The notes under the pieces: model-generated
What the model saw: the letters and a program-made list of their open reading frames with translations, nothing else
What the model was told of the DNA's origin: nothing
The model's database searches: none
Program-made: the position numbers and the translations under genes
DNA from: Candidatus Omnitrophota bacterium
GTDB taxonomy: Bacteria; Omnitrophota; Gorgyraeia; 1-14-0-20-64-10
Assembly (NCBI GenBank): GCA_023248155.1
Contig: JAHFFE010000001.1
Coordinates: 212,873 to 276,872, forward strand
Direction: 5' to 3'
Length of the DNA: 64,000 nt
Part shown: positions 1 through 9,693 of the stretch, piece by piece
Position numbering within the stretch: position 1 is the first letter of the stretch
How the letters are laid out: every line of letters begins with the position of its first letter

Positions 1-2
1 TC

Positions 3-1294
<1,292 letters not shown>

Positions 1295-1340
1295 TTTCCA
1301 ACCCATCGATCTGTTTCGCGTGATACAATAGCTCTTAACT

Positions 1341-1416
<76 letters not shown>

Positions 1417-1424
1417 ATTTTCAC

Positions 1425-1463
1425 AAGGGCGCAGCTTATTTAACGCTGCGCCCTTTCTTTTTC
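1425..1463 (+). terminator. Rho-independent terminator after tRNA-Met
   Basis: GC-rich hairpin AAGGGCGCAGC-ttatttaa-GCTGCGCCCTT followed by TTCTTTTT. Confidence 0.7.
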
Positions 1464-1500
1464 GGAGTTGTTAGCGGTAGGATAGTCTTAAATATTTTTG

Positions 1501-1529
1501 TTCAAATATAAGATTTTATTAGGTATACT
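1501..1529 (+). promoter_or_regulatory. Putative sigma70-like promoter (TTCAAA-N17-TATACT) for the giant secreted protein, with a very short leader
   Basis: -35-like TTCAAA 1501-1506, 17-nt spacer, -10-like TATACT 1524-1529, ATG at 1542; the same GTATACT element recurs upstream of six other genes in the window. Confidence 0.4.
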
Positions 1530-1541
1530 TACCTTATATCG

Positions 1542-4500
1542 ATGAAACACCAATCCCCCCAACCTATAACGGGTCGTCTTTGGGCGCTTATTTTGGTCAT
1601 TGCGCTTGCTTTGCCAAATCCTGCCCTCGCTCTGCGCCCTACAGGCCTTGAAGAAAGCTCCTCTAAAAACAAAAGTAATTTTCTTAGTCAATTAGCCGCT
1701 TCTTCTGCCGGGCAGGAAGAAAGAACCCATCTCCTTGAGCTGGGGGATTCGCAATCTATTTACGATCGAATGGTCGACATCGCTCAAATAGTTGTCGGCT
1801 CAAGCATATTTGATCAAGATGCTGTGACAGAGTTTCTTCTAGGCGACGAGCCACCTGTTGTAATTCTTGCTTTAGATAAAGTAAAGGTTTTTTATGCTCC
1901 TGGAGATTCCCTCGACCAAAATCAAAGTGGTAACGATATTTTAATTGTATGGGAGCAGGGTTCATTTGACGAGAGAGAGATTGCACAATATTTCCGCACT
2001 ATTGGTGCAGATGATCCGTCGCTGCTTCCTTCAGTAGAAGGAGCTATAGATTTCAGTTTTAATTTTTCCAGCGGGATGCCAGCCGGGAGCCTGACAGACA
2101 TTCGGGTTGCCGAAGTGATACATCATTTAGACACGGGCGGCGATATAACGCTTAGAATTAAGTATTCAAAAGTGGCTGAAATCGCCGAGCGTCTCCCAGT
2201 CGTTTTGGCATTGGCAGCGCGGTTTATCAAAAAAGGCTATAATCCTTTCTCCGCCGGGCAGGAGGAGAAAACACAGCTACCCTTTAATCGAAGAACGGCT
2301 CTTCGAACCTTTGGGGTATTGTTGGGATTGCCGTTCTTGTCGGAATTTACGATTGCACAAAACTCAGTTAGTCCGCCCAAAATATTAACAACGCTGCAAC
2401 TGCCGCCGGTGCCACTGCCCAATAGTTTGATGGCTCAAAAAGCCGTTCGTCTTGCCACGAAAACCGACAGTACCTTTAAGGATAATTCCGGCGCCAAACT
2501 CTGGGTTGCTGGTTGGCCGGGAGACTCTGTTCAACCGAAACCGGTCATCATTCCAAAGGGTGTCAATTTGGTGGGCGAGGGTGATGCCGCTCAGGTTCTT
2601 GAAGGGAACCTAACCATAGGATCCGGTTCCATTGTCGCCAATATGACGATTCGCGGCGATGTTACGCTTACCGGCGGCGCGCAATTACTAAACTCGGTTG
2701 TCCAGGGCCGCGTGATTCTGGCCGGCGATGCCAATCAGGTTCGGGGGAACCGTATTTTTGGAAATACACTCTACCGTGAAAATGGGAAATTGCAGTATTC
2801 GCTCGGTCCTGCCGGCCCGCTGGTTCGTATTGGCACAAAAGAAGTCGCGTCCAACGGCAATGTTTTGGAAGGTAACAGTATTATTGCCGGTGTCCCTCCC
2901 GCTGAAATCGGATACCACCCTACCGCTTATCTGAAGAAACAATTTCCCAACGATGAACAACCGCAAACAAGTATGGGCAGATCAAGAAAACTCGAATTGT
3001 CTGCGGTCCATGTCGTCCAGGGAGCTCAAAATAAACTTCGGTATAACACAATCGTTTCATTGGAGAGCGATGCTCCCGCTGTTTTGGTAGGCGCGTGGCG
3101 CGAATATGTTTTGCCGGATAGGGGTAAAGTTATTGGATCGGTGACGCTTGAAAACAATGTCGCCATCAATATCGGAAAACTTGATCCCGACAGAATAAGA
3201 CCTATTGTGGCGGATCGAGAGGTAGTTTCCGGCGGGAATAATCTAATGATCTCGGAGCAGTTCATTCACACTCAAGCTAAAGTAACTGATTCGGACCGCG
3301 CCTACGGCATCGCCGCGGGTCCGACGATAGAGTTCAGGCCGGAACGGGAGATGTTGTTTGAGCGCGCGAACGGAGCACCCAAGAAAAGCTCCTTCGACCT
3401 GATCGGTACGCAGCCAGGCACTTACCGATTAAGGAAAGAATTCTTTGATCAGAATACTCCATTCGGAAAATTTCCCGAGATAGGCGTATTCCGTCAATCG
3501 AGCGACCAGCAGGCCGGGCAGGAGGAGAAGACAACACCCAAACCCAACATGAATTTGGCAGGGCCGGCCGGTCTGCGCCCTCAGTTCGATAAAATCAGTG
3601 CGCTGCAAGGACTCTCACCAGCCAGAAAAGACCAATTGGCACAGGCAATCGCCAGCGAAAGACCTTTCTCCGGTTATAAAGATTCCGCCGATTTGGTTGC
3701 CCGCATGAGGGGGCAAGTTTCCGGTGTCAACACCACCCAGTTGCAGGCGATAGGAAATCATTTCCAGCCGGGCATGTCCAGACGCGGCTTGCTTGCGATT
3801 GCTTTTGGAGTGACATTGCTGGCAGCAGTTCCTGTAGCCCTATGGCTTTTCCAGCCTGCGACGGCACCGGAGGGACATATTGTCTGGGTTTTCGAACCAC
3901 ATGGAGCAAATGATCTGGGAGTTGTTTTCGCCGAATTGCGCGCCGCCGCCAAAAGCGGACAGAAAACCATCTATATTCGGGAATCTGTCCCTTTCGCCAA
4001 CTTTTCACAACTCAACGCAGAGGCTCCAAAACTTGCCCAACAATTGAAGCCTGAGACCATCGACCCTCTGCTCGCGTTGTATGAACAAAATGGAGAAGAG
4101 GGGCTTCTAAAAGAATCGGCGCTTGCCCGGGAAATAAAAACTCTTTACGAAGAACGGCAAAAAGATGCAGACATAGAGATTCCGCAGCTTCGTTCCGATC
4201 CATCGGTTCTCAAGGATCCGCCGCCCGGCCTGGATCAGAATATTCTTTTAGAAGCACAGTTGCTGGTCGATTATCCCAACATTGAAGTCCGGAACGAAAA
4301 AGCTTCATTTATTGCTTATCTTTATCACATCCGATCAGAATGGACGAACGAACTGGCTGGCCGGGCTCTTTTTGGCGATAACGACCGCGATGCCTATTTC
4401 CGTTTCATGATGGATTCCTTCCGCTACGAGGCGCTTAATATTGAGCTGCGTGACCGGCCCTTTGCCTCTTTCGTTGAATCGATTCTTCGGGAAAACCCAG

Positions 4501-7091
4501 GTGCCACTGTTGTTGTACAGCGCGGTCTTTATCATGTTGTATCTGAATACGGTATCGATTACGATACGCTGAAATTCCGTTCCATAGAACGAAGGGTAGA
4601 AATAGATGACTCTATTACCAAGATAGCGTTTTTTTACCACGAACAGTTTCTAAGAGGAGAGTCGGTTCCTGTTTCGGATAAAATGCGCCGGAGTATGCTG
4701 GAAAATTTTATCGGTGATTCAGTGACGCGATTGTTGCAGGAAGAAACATCATCGGCCATTGCTTTTCGGGAAGCGGCTTCAATTACCGGAGCGTTGTCAG
4801 ATCAAGAGCTGGACGAACTCATCAAATTCCTTGGGGAAGATTTTGTAGCTTTTCGAGAAAACCAGAAGACGGCTTTCTTTGGAGCCTGGAATAGTCAAAG
4901 AGATTTAACGACACTGCAATGGCTGCAGACGCATCAAAAAATATCTGCCGCTAATTTCGAAATACTTCGTCCTGCAATCAATCGTCGAGTAAACGCCGGG
5001 CAGGAAGAATTGGGCACGGTGGTTATCGACCAGCACCAAAAACCTATTTCGGCGGTGGCGATCAGCTCGGACGGAAAAACAATTGCCTCTGGAGATAGTG
5101 CCGGCCGGTTGATCATCAAGCAGGTGGAAGGAGCACCGGAACCGATCATCGTTAATACGGGAAATGTAATTACCGACCTGGTTTTTGATACCAGCGGCGG
5201 AAAAATTGCCGTGGGATATGTCAACGGAGCCATTGCATTTTACGATCCGCAAACCGGAAAGACATTTCCAGAAGATGTCGCTCAACCGACTGAGCTGGGT
5301 TCTTTGATCTGGGATATGGCGTTCCACAGAGAAGGTCATCTTACCGCGATTTCTCATCCAGGACTTATTCATTCGATTGATCCTGAAACGGGTGATATCG
5401 ACCGTCTCTTTGAAGGACTTGTTAAATTCTCAACAACTCCCGGAATTGTTCGTATGGCCGTTGCTTTCCCGAACAACGAAAGCAGTCCCAAGTTCGCGAT
5501 TTCTGGTGATTCTGAAGTAAGGGTTATTGAAGAAGGTTTATCGCCCCGCGAGATCGACAGGTTTGAGGCGCCGGGTCATGTAATTCAGCAATTGGCGATT
5601 GATCCGACCGGGCAATATCTGGTGGCTTCCAATCTGGAAGACAACGACGACGAAAACTGGATTCAACTGAGAGACATTAACGCGCATGCTTCTATAACAT
5701 TGAACGGTGTTCATCGGCAGAGAGCGAATGCAATAGCCTTTTCTCCCGATGGAAAAATGCTGGTTTCTGCGGGTAAAGACGGCCAGTTGGTTTTTTGGGA
5801 AGTTCCTTCAGGCCGCGTGATCAAAATCGTTTCGCTCGACCCGATGGAGGGCAAAATTCAGCCTGTACCTAAAAGAGGAGATCCGTCGTATGTAAGCTCT
5901 GTTATTTTTCATAATGTAGTTTTTACGCCCAACGGCCACTCGGTGCTGGTTGCCGTTGAAGATCAGCGCAGTAAGCAGCAGACCGTCCGGCAATTTTCCG
6001 TTCCCGCCGCCGGGCAGGAAAAAGATTTGCCGCTGGATATCCGGCAATGGGATATTGATCAAGCAGATGTGAATGGCAAACCAATCGAAGAGTTAGCTCT
6101 TGTGAAATTACCGCCGGAGGGCCTTCGCTTGCCGCACGCGGCCATTCCAAACGAAGGGGTCCAAATTTATTTAGGGATTGCGGGGGTTCATCTTTCTCCG
6201 GAACCGGCTCCATGGTGGAGTGGTTTTCTTTTTTTGAAATCGGCCGCAAAGTCTCTGCGACTGACACAGACGGTGGCGCACAGCGACAAAGGCAAGATTC
6301 TCCGGCAGGGTGGAACGCCCATTCTGCTTGGCCTAGATCCGCAACAAGGAGCTTCATCACAATACGCGGCGGGGCCTTTTGACCCGTATCTTGTTTCGGT
6401 CGCTGGAGTTTCCAGGGCACACCTGCTTATTCGCTGGGATACGAATGGGGATATTGTTTTCAAGGACCTCAATTCCAGAAATGGCACCTGGATTGATCGA
6501 CAAGCCGCAGAACAGATCAAAGTGGGTTCACTGGCGATTCCATTTGTTAGCGCCGGGCAGGAGGAGGGAATCACGGTTGCTTTTCCGGAATCGGTATTGC
6601 AGGATGCGCAAAGACAGGGCGTTACTGTTTTTGATGCCGAGCAATTGGCAGGCTACGGTATTCCGGGCGCGCATGGAATATTAATTGCCGACTCAGCAAA
6701 CAGCAAGAGTTCTTCTGGGAAAATTTACGCGGACAATGAATTAGAAAACAGAGCCGCAGAAAGAGTATTCACTTGGGTGCTCGCCGGTGATAACGCAGTC
6801 GATATTATAGAGACTGCTGAAATTAATTCGGCAGCGGCCGGAGATTTAATTATTTTACGCCCGGAAACAGGTTTGGATAACGATCGAATTAAACAACTTT
6901 TGGAAGCGCAATGGATTAATCCTTCCGTTCGGGTCGTTGTTGGGGACGCTTCCGTTGTGAATGGGCTTTCCGTGAATGCGTTTCGTTTGCTGGCAGGGGG
7001 ACTTGATTTGCCGCCGGTGGTATTCCTCAACACAACGGTTCGCTTGAATGATGAAGCTGGCAATACTTACACGCTGATCCTGATGGCGTAA
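1542..7091 (+). CDS. Giant secreted/membrane multidomain protein (1849 aa): signal peptide, right-handed beta-helix, internal TM helix, WD40-like beta-propeller, FHA domain; six (A)GQEE(K/R) motifs between domains
   Basis: Single uninterrupted ORF. N-terminal signal peptide (LWALILVIALALPNPALA); parallel beta-helix repeats (NLTIGSGSIVANMTIRGDVTLTGGAQLLNSVVQGRVILAGDANQV); TM GLLAIAFGVTLLAAVPVALWLF; WD40-like blades (ISSDGKTIASGDSAGRLII, FSPDGKMLVSAGKDGQLVFWEV); FHA signature (VSRAHLLIRWDTNGDIVFKDLNSRNGTWIDRQ); AGQEE at aa ~56, 238, 658, 1152, 1490, 1671. Confidence 0.85.
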   Translation: MKHQSPQPITGRLWALILVIALALPNPALALRPTGLEESSSKNKSNFLSQLAASSAGQEERTHLLELGDSQSIYDRMVDIAQIVVGSSIFDQDAVTEFLLGDEPPVVILALDKVKVFYAPGDSLDQNQSGNDILIVWEQGSFDEREIAQYFRTIGADDPSLLPSVEGAIDFSFNFSSGMPAGSLTDIRVAEVIHHLDTGGDITLRIKYSKVAEIAERLPVVLALAARFIKKGYNPFSAGQEEKTQLPFNRRTALRTFGVLLGLPFLSEFTIAQNSVSPPKILTTLQLPPVPLPNSLMAQKAVRLATKTDSTFKDNSGAKLWVAGWPGDSVQPKPVIIPKGVNLVGEGDAAQVLEGNLTIGSGSIVANMTIRGDVTLTGGAQLLNSVVQGRVILAGDANQVRGNRIFGNTLYRENGKLQYSLGPAGPLVRIGTKEVASNGNVLEGNSIIAGVPPAEIGYHPTAYLKKQFPNDEQPQTSMGRSRKLELSAVHVVQGAQNKLRYNTIVSLESDAPAVLVGAWREYVLPDRGKVIGSVTLENNVAINIGKLDPDRIRPIVADREVVSGGNNLMISEQFIHTQAKVTDSDRAYGIAAGPTIEFRPEREMLFERANGAPKKSSFDLIGTQPGTYRLRKEFFDQNTPFGKFPEIGVFRQSSDQQAGQEEKTTPKPNMNLAGPAGLRPQFDKISALQGLSPARKDQLAQAIASERPFSGYKDSADLVARMRGQVSGVNTTQLQAIGNHFQPGMSRRGLLAIAFGVTLLAAVPVALWLFQPATAPEGHIVWVFEPHGANDLGVVFAELRAAAKSGQKTIYIRESVPFANFSQLNAEAPKLAQQLKPETIDPLLALYEQNGEEGLLKESALAREIKTLYEERQKDADIEIPQLRSDPSVLKDPPPGLDQNILLEAQLLVDYPNIEVRNEKASFIAYLYHIRSEWTNELAGRALFGDNDRDAYFRFMMDSFRYEALNIELRDRPFASFVESILRENPGATVVVQRGLYHVVSEYGIDYDTLKFRSIERRVEIDDSITKIAFFYHEQFLRGESVPVSDKMRRSMLENFIGDSVTRLLQEETSSAIAFREAASITGALSDQELDELIKFLGEDFVAFRENQKTAFFGAWNSQRDLTTLQWLQTHQKISAANFEILRPAINRRVNAGQEELGTVVIDQHQKPISAVAISSDGKTIASGDSAGRLIIKQVEGAPEPIIVNTGNVITDLVFDTSGGKIAVGYVNGAIAFYDPQTGKTFPEDVAQPTELGSLIWDMAFHREGHLTAISHPGLIHSIDPETGDIDRLFEGLVKFSTTPGIVRMAVAFPNNESSPKFAISGDSEVRVIEEGLSPREIDRFEAPGHVIQQLAIDPTGQYLVASNLEDNDDENWIQLRDINAHASITLNGVHRQRANAIAFSPDGKMLVSAGKDGQLVFWEVPSGRVIKIVSLDPMEGKIQPVPKRGDPSYVSSVIFHNVVFTPNGHSVLVAVEDQRSKQQTVRQFSVPAAGQEKDLPLDIRQWDIDQADVNGKPIEELALVKLPPEGLRLPHAAIPNEGVQIYLGIAGVHLSPEPAPWWSGFLFLKSAAKSLRLTQTVAHSDKGKILRQGGTPILLGLDPQQGASSQYAAGPFDPYLVSVAGVSRAHLLIRWDTNGDIVFKDLNSRNGTWIDRQAAEQIKVGSLAIPFVSAGQEEGITVAFPESVLQDAQRQGVTVFDAEQLAGYGIPGAHGILIADSANSKSSSGKIYADNELENRAAERVFTWVLAGDNAVDIIETAEINSAAAGDLIILRPETGLDNDRIKQLLEAQWINPSVRVVVGDASVVNGLSVNAFRLLAGGLDLPPVVFLNTTVRLNDEAGNTYTLILMA

Positions 7092-7103
7092 TACAATAGC
7101 AGT

Positions 7104-7814
7104 ATGAGAATCGCGAAAGCGCTGGCCTTAGCCGGCATCGAATCCCGCCGGAAAGCGGAAGCTTATGTTTTGGAAGGGGCCATTACCGTCAACGGCAAGG
7201 TTGTCAAAGACCTGGGCCGGCAGGTGGAACCTGACACAGACAAAATCACCTTTCGCGGCAAGCCGGTGGTTTTCCAGAAAAAAGTTTATTACCTGCTGAA
7301 CAAACCGGCCGGCTATACGACGACTGTTTCCGATCCGCATGCCTCAAAAACCGTGATGGAACTGCTGCCGTCGGAATTTAATCTGTTCCGGCTGTTTCCG
7401 GTCGGCCGGCTGGACCGCGAGTCGACGGGGTTGTTGCTGATGACCAACGACGGCGATTTGGCGCAGAAACTGACGCACCCGCGCTACGGAGTCGGCAAGC
7501 GGTACGAAGTGACCGTCGACAAATCGCTGGAAACCGGTATTCTCAAACGGCTGATGCGCGGGGTGGAGCTGGCAGAAGGGCTCGCGAAAGCCGAACAGAT
7601 TGAAGTGCTCTCCAATACGAAGGTGCGTTTGCTGCTCCGCGAAGGAAAAAAGCGCGAAATCCGCCGCATGTTCGAACAAAACGGTTATATTGTAAAAACA
7701 TTGTGCCGCATCGAATTTGGCCCCCTGAAACTGGAACAATTAGCTGCCGGCAGCGGGCGGGTATTGACCGCTCAGGAACTGGACCGGCTCCGAAAAACCT
7801 CTCCGGCTTCCTAG
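7104..7814 (+). CDS. rRNA pseudouridine synthase, RsuA/RluB family (S4 domain + PseudoU synthase)
   Basis: N-terminal S4 RNA-binding motif (MRIAKALALAGIESRRKAEAYVLEGAITVNGKVV) and catalytic motif LGRLDRESTGLLLMTNDGDLAQKLTHP. Confidence 0.88.
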   Translation: MRIAKALALAGIESRRKAEAYVLEGAITVNGKVVKDLGRQVEPDTDKITFRGKPVVFQKKVYYLLNKPAGYTTTVSDPHASKTVMELLPSEFNLFRLFPVGRLDRESTGLLLMTNDGDLAQKLTHPRYGVGKRYEVTVDKSLETGILKRLMRGVELAEGLAKAEQIEVLSNTKVRLLLREGKKREIRRMFEQNGYIVKTLCRIEFGPLKLEQLAAGSGRVLTAQELDRLRKTSPAS

Positions 7815-7913
7815 ACAGGCCTTTTTCCCTTTGTTTCAGAACGATAATTTGTTATCTTGATAAAATACGGTTTGCTCCGGAAATTTATCCGTTGGGCGGT
7901 TAGAAAGCACTTT

Positions 7914-7987
7914 GCGCCCGTAGCTCAACTGGATAGAGTGACAGGCTTCGAACCTGGAGGTTGGGGGTTCAAATCCCTCCGGGCGCG
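7914..7987 (+). tRNA. tRNA-Arg (anticodon TCG)
   Basis: GCGCCCGTAGCTCAACTGGATAGAGTG...; anticodon loop CTTCGAA; T-arm GGTTCAAATCC; acceptor closes CGGGCGC. Confidence 0.8.
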
Positions 7988-7996
7988 GGCTTTATC

Positions 7997-8072
7997 GGGC
8001 CGTTAGCTCAGCTGGTAGAGCAGGGGACTCTTAATCCCAAGGTCATAGGTTCGATCCCTATACGGCCCACCA
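7997..8072 (+). tRNA. tRNA-Lys (anticodon CTT), CCA encoded
   Basis: GGGCCGTTAGCTCAGCTGGTAGAGCAG...; anticodon loop CTCTTAA; T-arm GGTTCGATCC; ends ACGGCCCACCA. Confidence 0.82.
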
Positions 8073-8100
8073 TTATTATCAATGTTCTTTGTTAAACAGC

Positions 8101-8185
8101 TGGGCATGTGGCGGAATTGGCAGACGCGCAGGATTTAGGATCCTGTCCCGTAAGGGGTGGGGGTTCAACTCCCTCCTTGCCCACG
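8101..8185 (+). tRNA. tRNA-Leu (anticodon TAG), class II with long variable arm
   Basis: D-arm TGGCGGAATTGGCAGACGCGC typical of tRNA-Leu; anticodon loop TTTAGGA; variable arm; T-arm GGTTCAACTCC. Exact ends uncertain (one apparent acceptor-stem mismatch). Confidence 0.65.
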
Positions 8186-8215
8186 GGCAGTCTTAAAAAT
8201 TTAAAGTAGTTTATC

Positions 8216-8290
8216 GCGGGAGTAACTCAGCGGTAGAGTGCAACCTTGCCAAGGTTGAGGTCGAGGGTTCGAATCCCTTCTCCCGCTCCA
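8216..8290 (+). tRNA. tRNA-Gly (anticodon GCC), CCA encoded
   Basis: GCGGGAGTAACTCAGCGGTAGAGTG; anticodon stem-loop CAACC-TTGCCAA-GGTTG; T-arm GGTTCGAATCC; ends CTCCCGCTCCA. Confidence 0.85.
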
Positions 8291-8346
8291 CTTTTTTCGT
8301 CGGGAAGTTCGGCTATTTTTTCAGTAATTTGGAGGGGCTCACAGTC

Positions 8347-8817
8347 GTGAAAATCACCGATTTTTTGCGGGAAAGCGCGATATCCGTCGAATTGCAGGCC
8401 AAGAACAAGCAGGCCGTCATCAGCGAATTAGTCCATTTGCTGGTAAAGTCCGGCGACATTAAAGCTGCGGAAGAGGAAAAGATCGTGGCCGTACTTCTGG
8501 CGCGCGAATCGCTCGGGTCCACCGGCATCGGTCAGGGCGTTGGTATTCCGCACGGAAAAACCAACATGGTCAAACAGCTGGTCGCGGCGTTCGGCATTTC
8601 ACGGCAGGGAGTGAATTTTGACGCGCTGGATGGAGAACCCGCTCATATCTTTTTCCTTTTGATCGCGCCTGAAGATTCCGCCGGTCCTCATCTGAAAGCG
8701 CTCGCCCGTATTTCCCGTCTTTTGAAAGACCGTTATTTCCGTGAAAGTCTCAAAGAGTCCAAAGAAGAAAAACAGGTGATTCGGATCATCCAGCAGGAGG
8801 ATCAGAAGAGCCTGTGA
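8347..8817 (+). CDS. ptsN: PTS EIIA-Ntr-type protein (PtsN, PTS_EIIA_2 fold)
   Basis: LVHLLVKSGDIK...ARESLGSTGIGQGVGIPHGKT...HIFFLLIAPEDSAGPHLKALARISRLL matches the EIIA-Ntr active-site region; a GTG start at 8347 has SD GGAGGGG 9 nt upstream (the listed ORF starts at TTG 8329). Confidence 0.8.
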   Translation: MKITDFLRESAISVELQAKNKQAVISELVHLLVKSGDIKAAEEEKIVAVLLARESLGSTGIGQGVGIPHGKTNMVKQLVAAFGISRQGVNFDALDGEPAHIFFLLIAPEDSAGPHLKALARISRLLKDRYFRESLKESKEEKQVIRIIQQEDQKSL

Positions 8818-9326
8818 GTTCTCCGGTGGTCCGGAGCCCGTCTCTATTTTTGGAATCGAAGATGGATCTCAGCGCTTTTTTAGACGGCGCGCATCCGCTT
8901 AAACGAAAGGAATCCCGGCTCGTGATGGAAAAATCCGTCGCGTTGAACAAGGAAATCGAATTAATCCAAGCCGGCTCCGCTTTTCGCATTGGTTATCAGA
9001 TTTTTAATCAATTGAAGAAACCGGTTCGCTTCATTTTTTCCTGCCAGTGGATCGTTTCGTTTAAAGACGCTCAGGTGAACCGTTCCGGCGAGGCCGGCCC
9101 GCTGCGGCGTTTTTCCGTCTTGGATCCGGCGGAGCGCCTCGAAGCGGTCTGGGCGTTTTCCCGCGCGGCCCGCATCGCTTTTTCGCCGCTTGAAAAAAAA
9201 TCGGGCGAGCGCCGCATTTACCAGGGCGCCGTCATTCGCGGGTTTTGGCCTGTGACGCTCGCAGCGTCGGGCCGGTGGAAACTGAATTATGAATTGAAAG
9301 TAGGGCAGCCCTGTGGCGGTCTCTAA
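8814..9326 (+). CDS. Hypothetical protein inside the pts cluster
   Basis: 170-aa ORF overlapping ptsN stop and ptsH start, same orientation; no family recognised. Confidence 0.35.
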   Translation: MSSPVVRSPSLFLESKMDLSAFLDGAHPLKRKESRLVMEKSVALNKEIELIQAGSAFRIGYQIFNQLKKPVRFIFSCQWIVSFKDAQVNRSGEAGPLRRFSVLDPAERLEAVWAFSRAARIAFSPLEKKSGERRIYQGAVIRGFWPVTLAASGRWKLNYELKVGQPCGGL

Positions 9327-9693
9327 ATCTGAACCGGGTTCCGAAAATAATTCCGAAGCAGCCTCCTGGAAGGATTTTCCCGAGATCCGGAAAACATTCC
9401 GCATTCAAAGCCGTCAAGGACTGCACGCGCGGCCCGCGGCCGTTTTCGCGCAGGTGGCCACCCGTTTTAAATGCACGATCCGCGTGTGCAAAGGCAAACT
9501 GGCCGTGGATGCCCGTTCGATCATGGGTTTGCTGACGCTTTCAGCGTCGCGCGGATCGATGCTCGATGTCTCCGCGCAGGGGCCGGATGCCGAAGAAGCG
9601 CTGCGCGTTTTGGAACAGATCATCTGCCGGGCCGACCTGCCGGCGATCGTCACCGTCGCCAAGCCCGATGGCTCGACCCCGCCGCCAAAGTAA
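9313..9693 (+). CDS. ptsH: Phosphocarrier protein HPr (with unusual N- and C-terminal extensions)
   Basis: Core GLHARPAAVFAQVATRFKCTIRVCKGKLAVDARSIMGLLTLSASRGSMLDVSAQGPDAEEALRVLEQII is a canonical HPr; the only ATG in frame is at 9313. Confidence 0.75.
   Translation: MAVSKSEPGSENNSEAASWKDFPEIRKTFRIQSRQGLHARPAAVFAQVATRFKCTIRVCKGKLAVDARSIMGLLTLSASRGSMLDVSAQGPDAEEALRVLEQIICRADLPAIVTVAKPDGSTPPPK

Noticed and set aside
2253-2267. Internal translation starts driven by the CAGGAGGAG Shine-Dalgarno-like core of the AGQEE motif
   Set aside because: No in-frame ATG, GTG or TTG lies at a suitable 5-10 nt spacing after most copies. It is retained only as a possibility under the AGQEE finding.
7815-7913. 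Possible promoter for the tRNA cluster (TTGATA ... ) upstream of tRNA-Arg
   Set aside because: No convincing -10 hexamer at correct spacing could be identified by eye, so it is not reported as a feature.
8961-9404. Minus-strand 147-aa ORF as an alternative to the plus-strand 8814..9326 ORF
   Set aside because: It is antisense to the pts operon with no RBS and a compositionally biased translation. The plus-strand ORF is co-oriented and start/stop-coupled with its neighbours, though it is itself only weakly supported.
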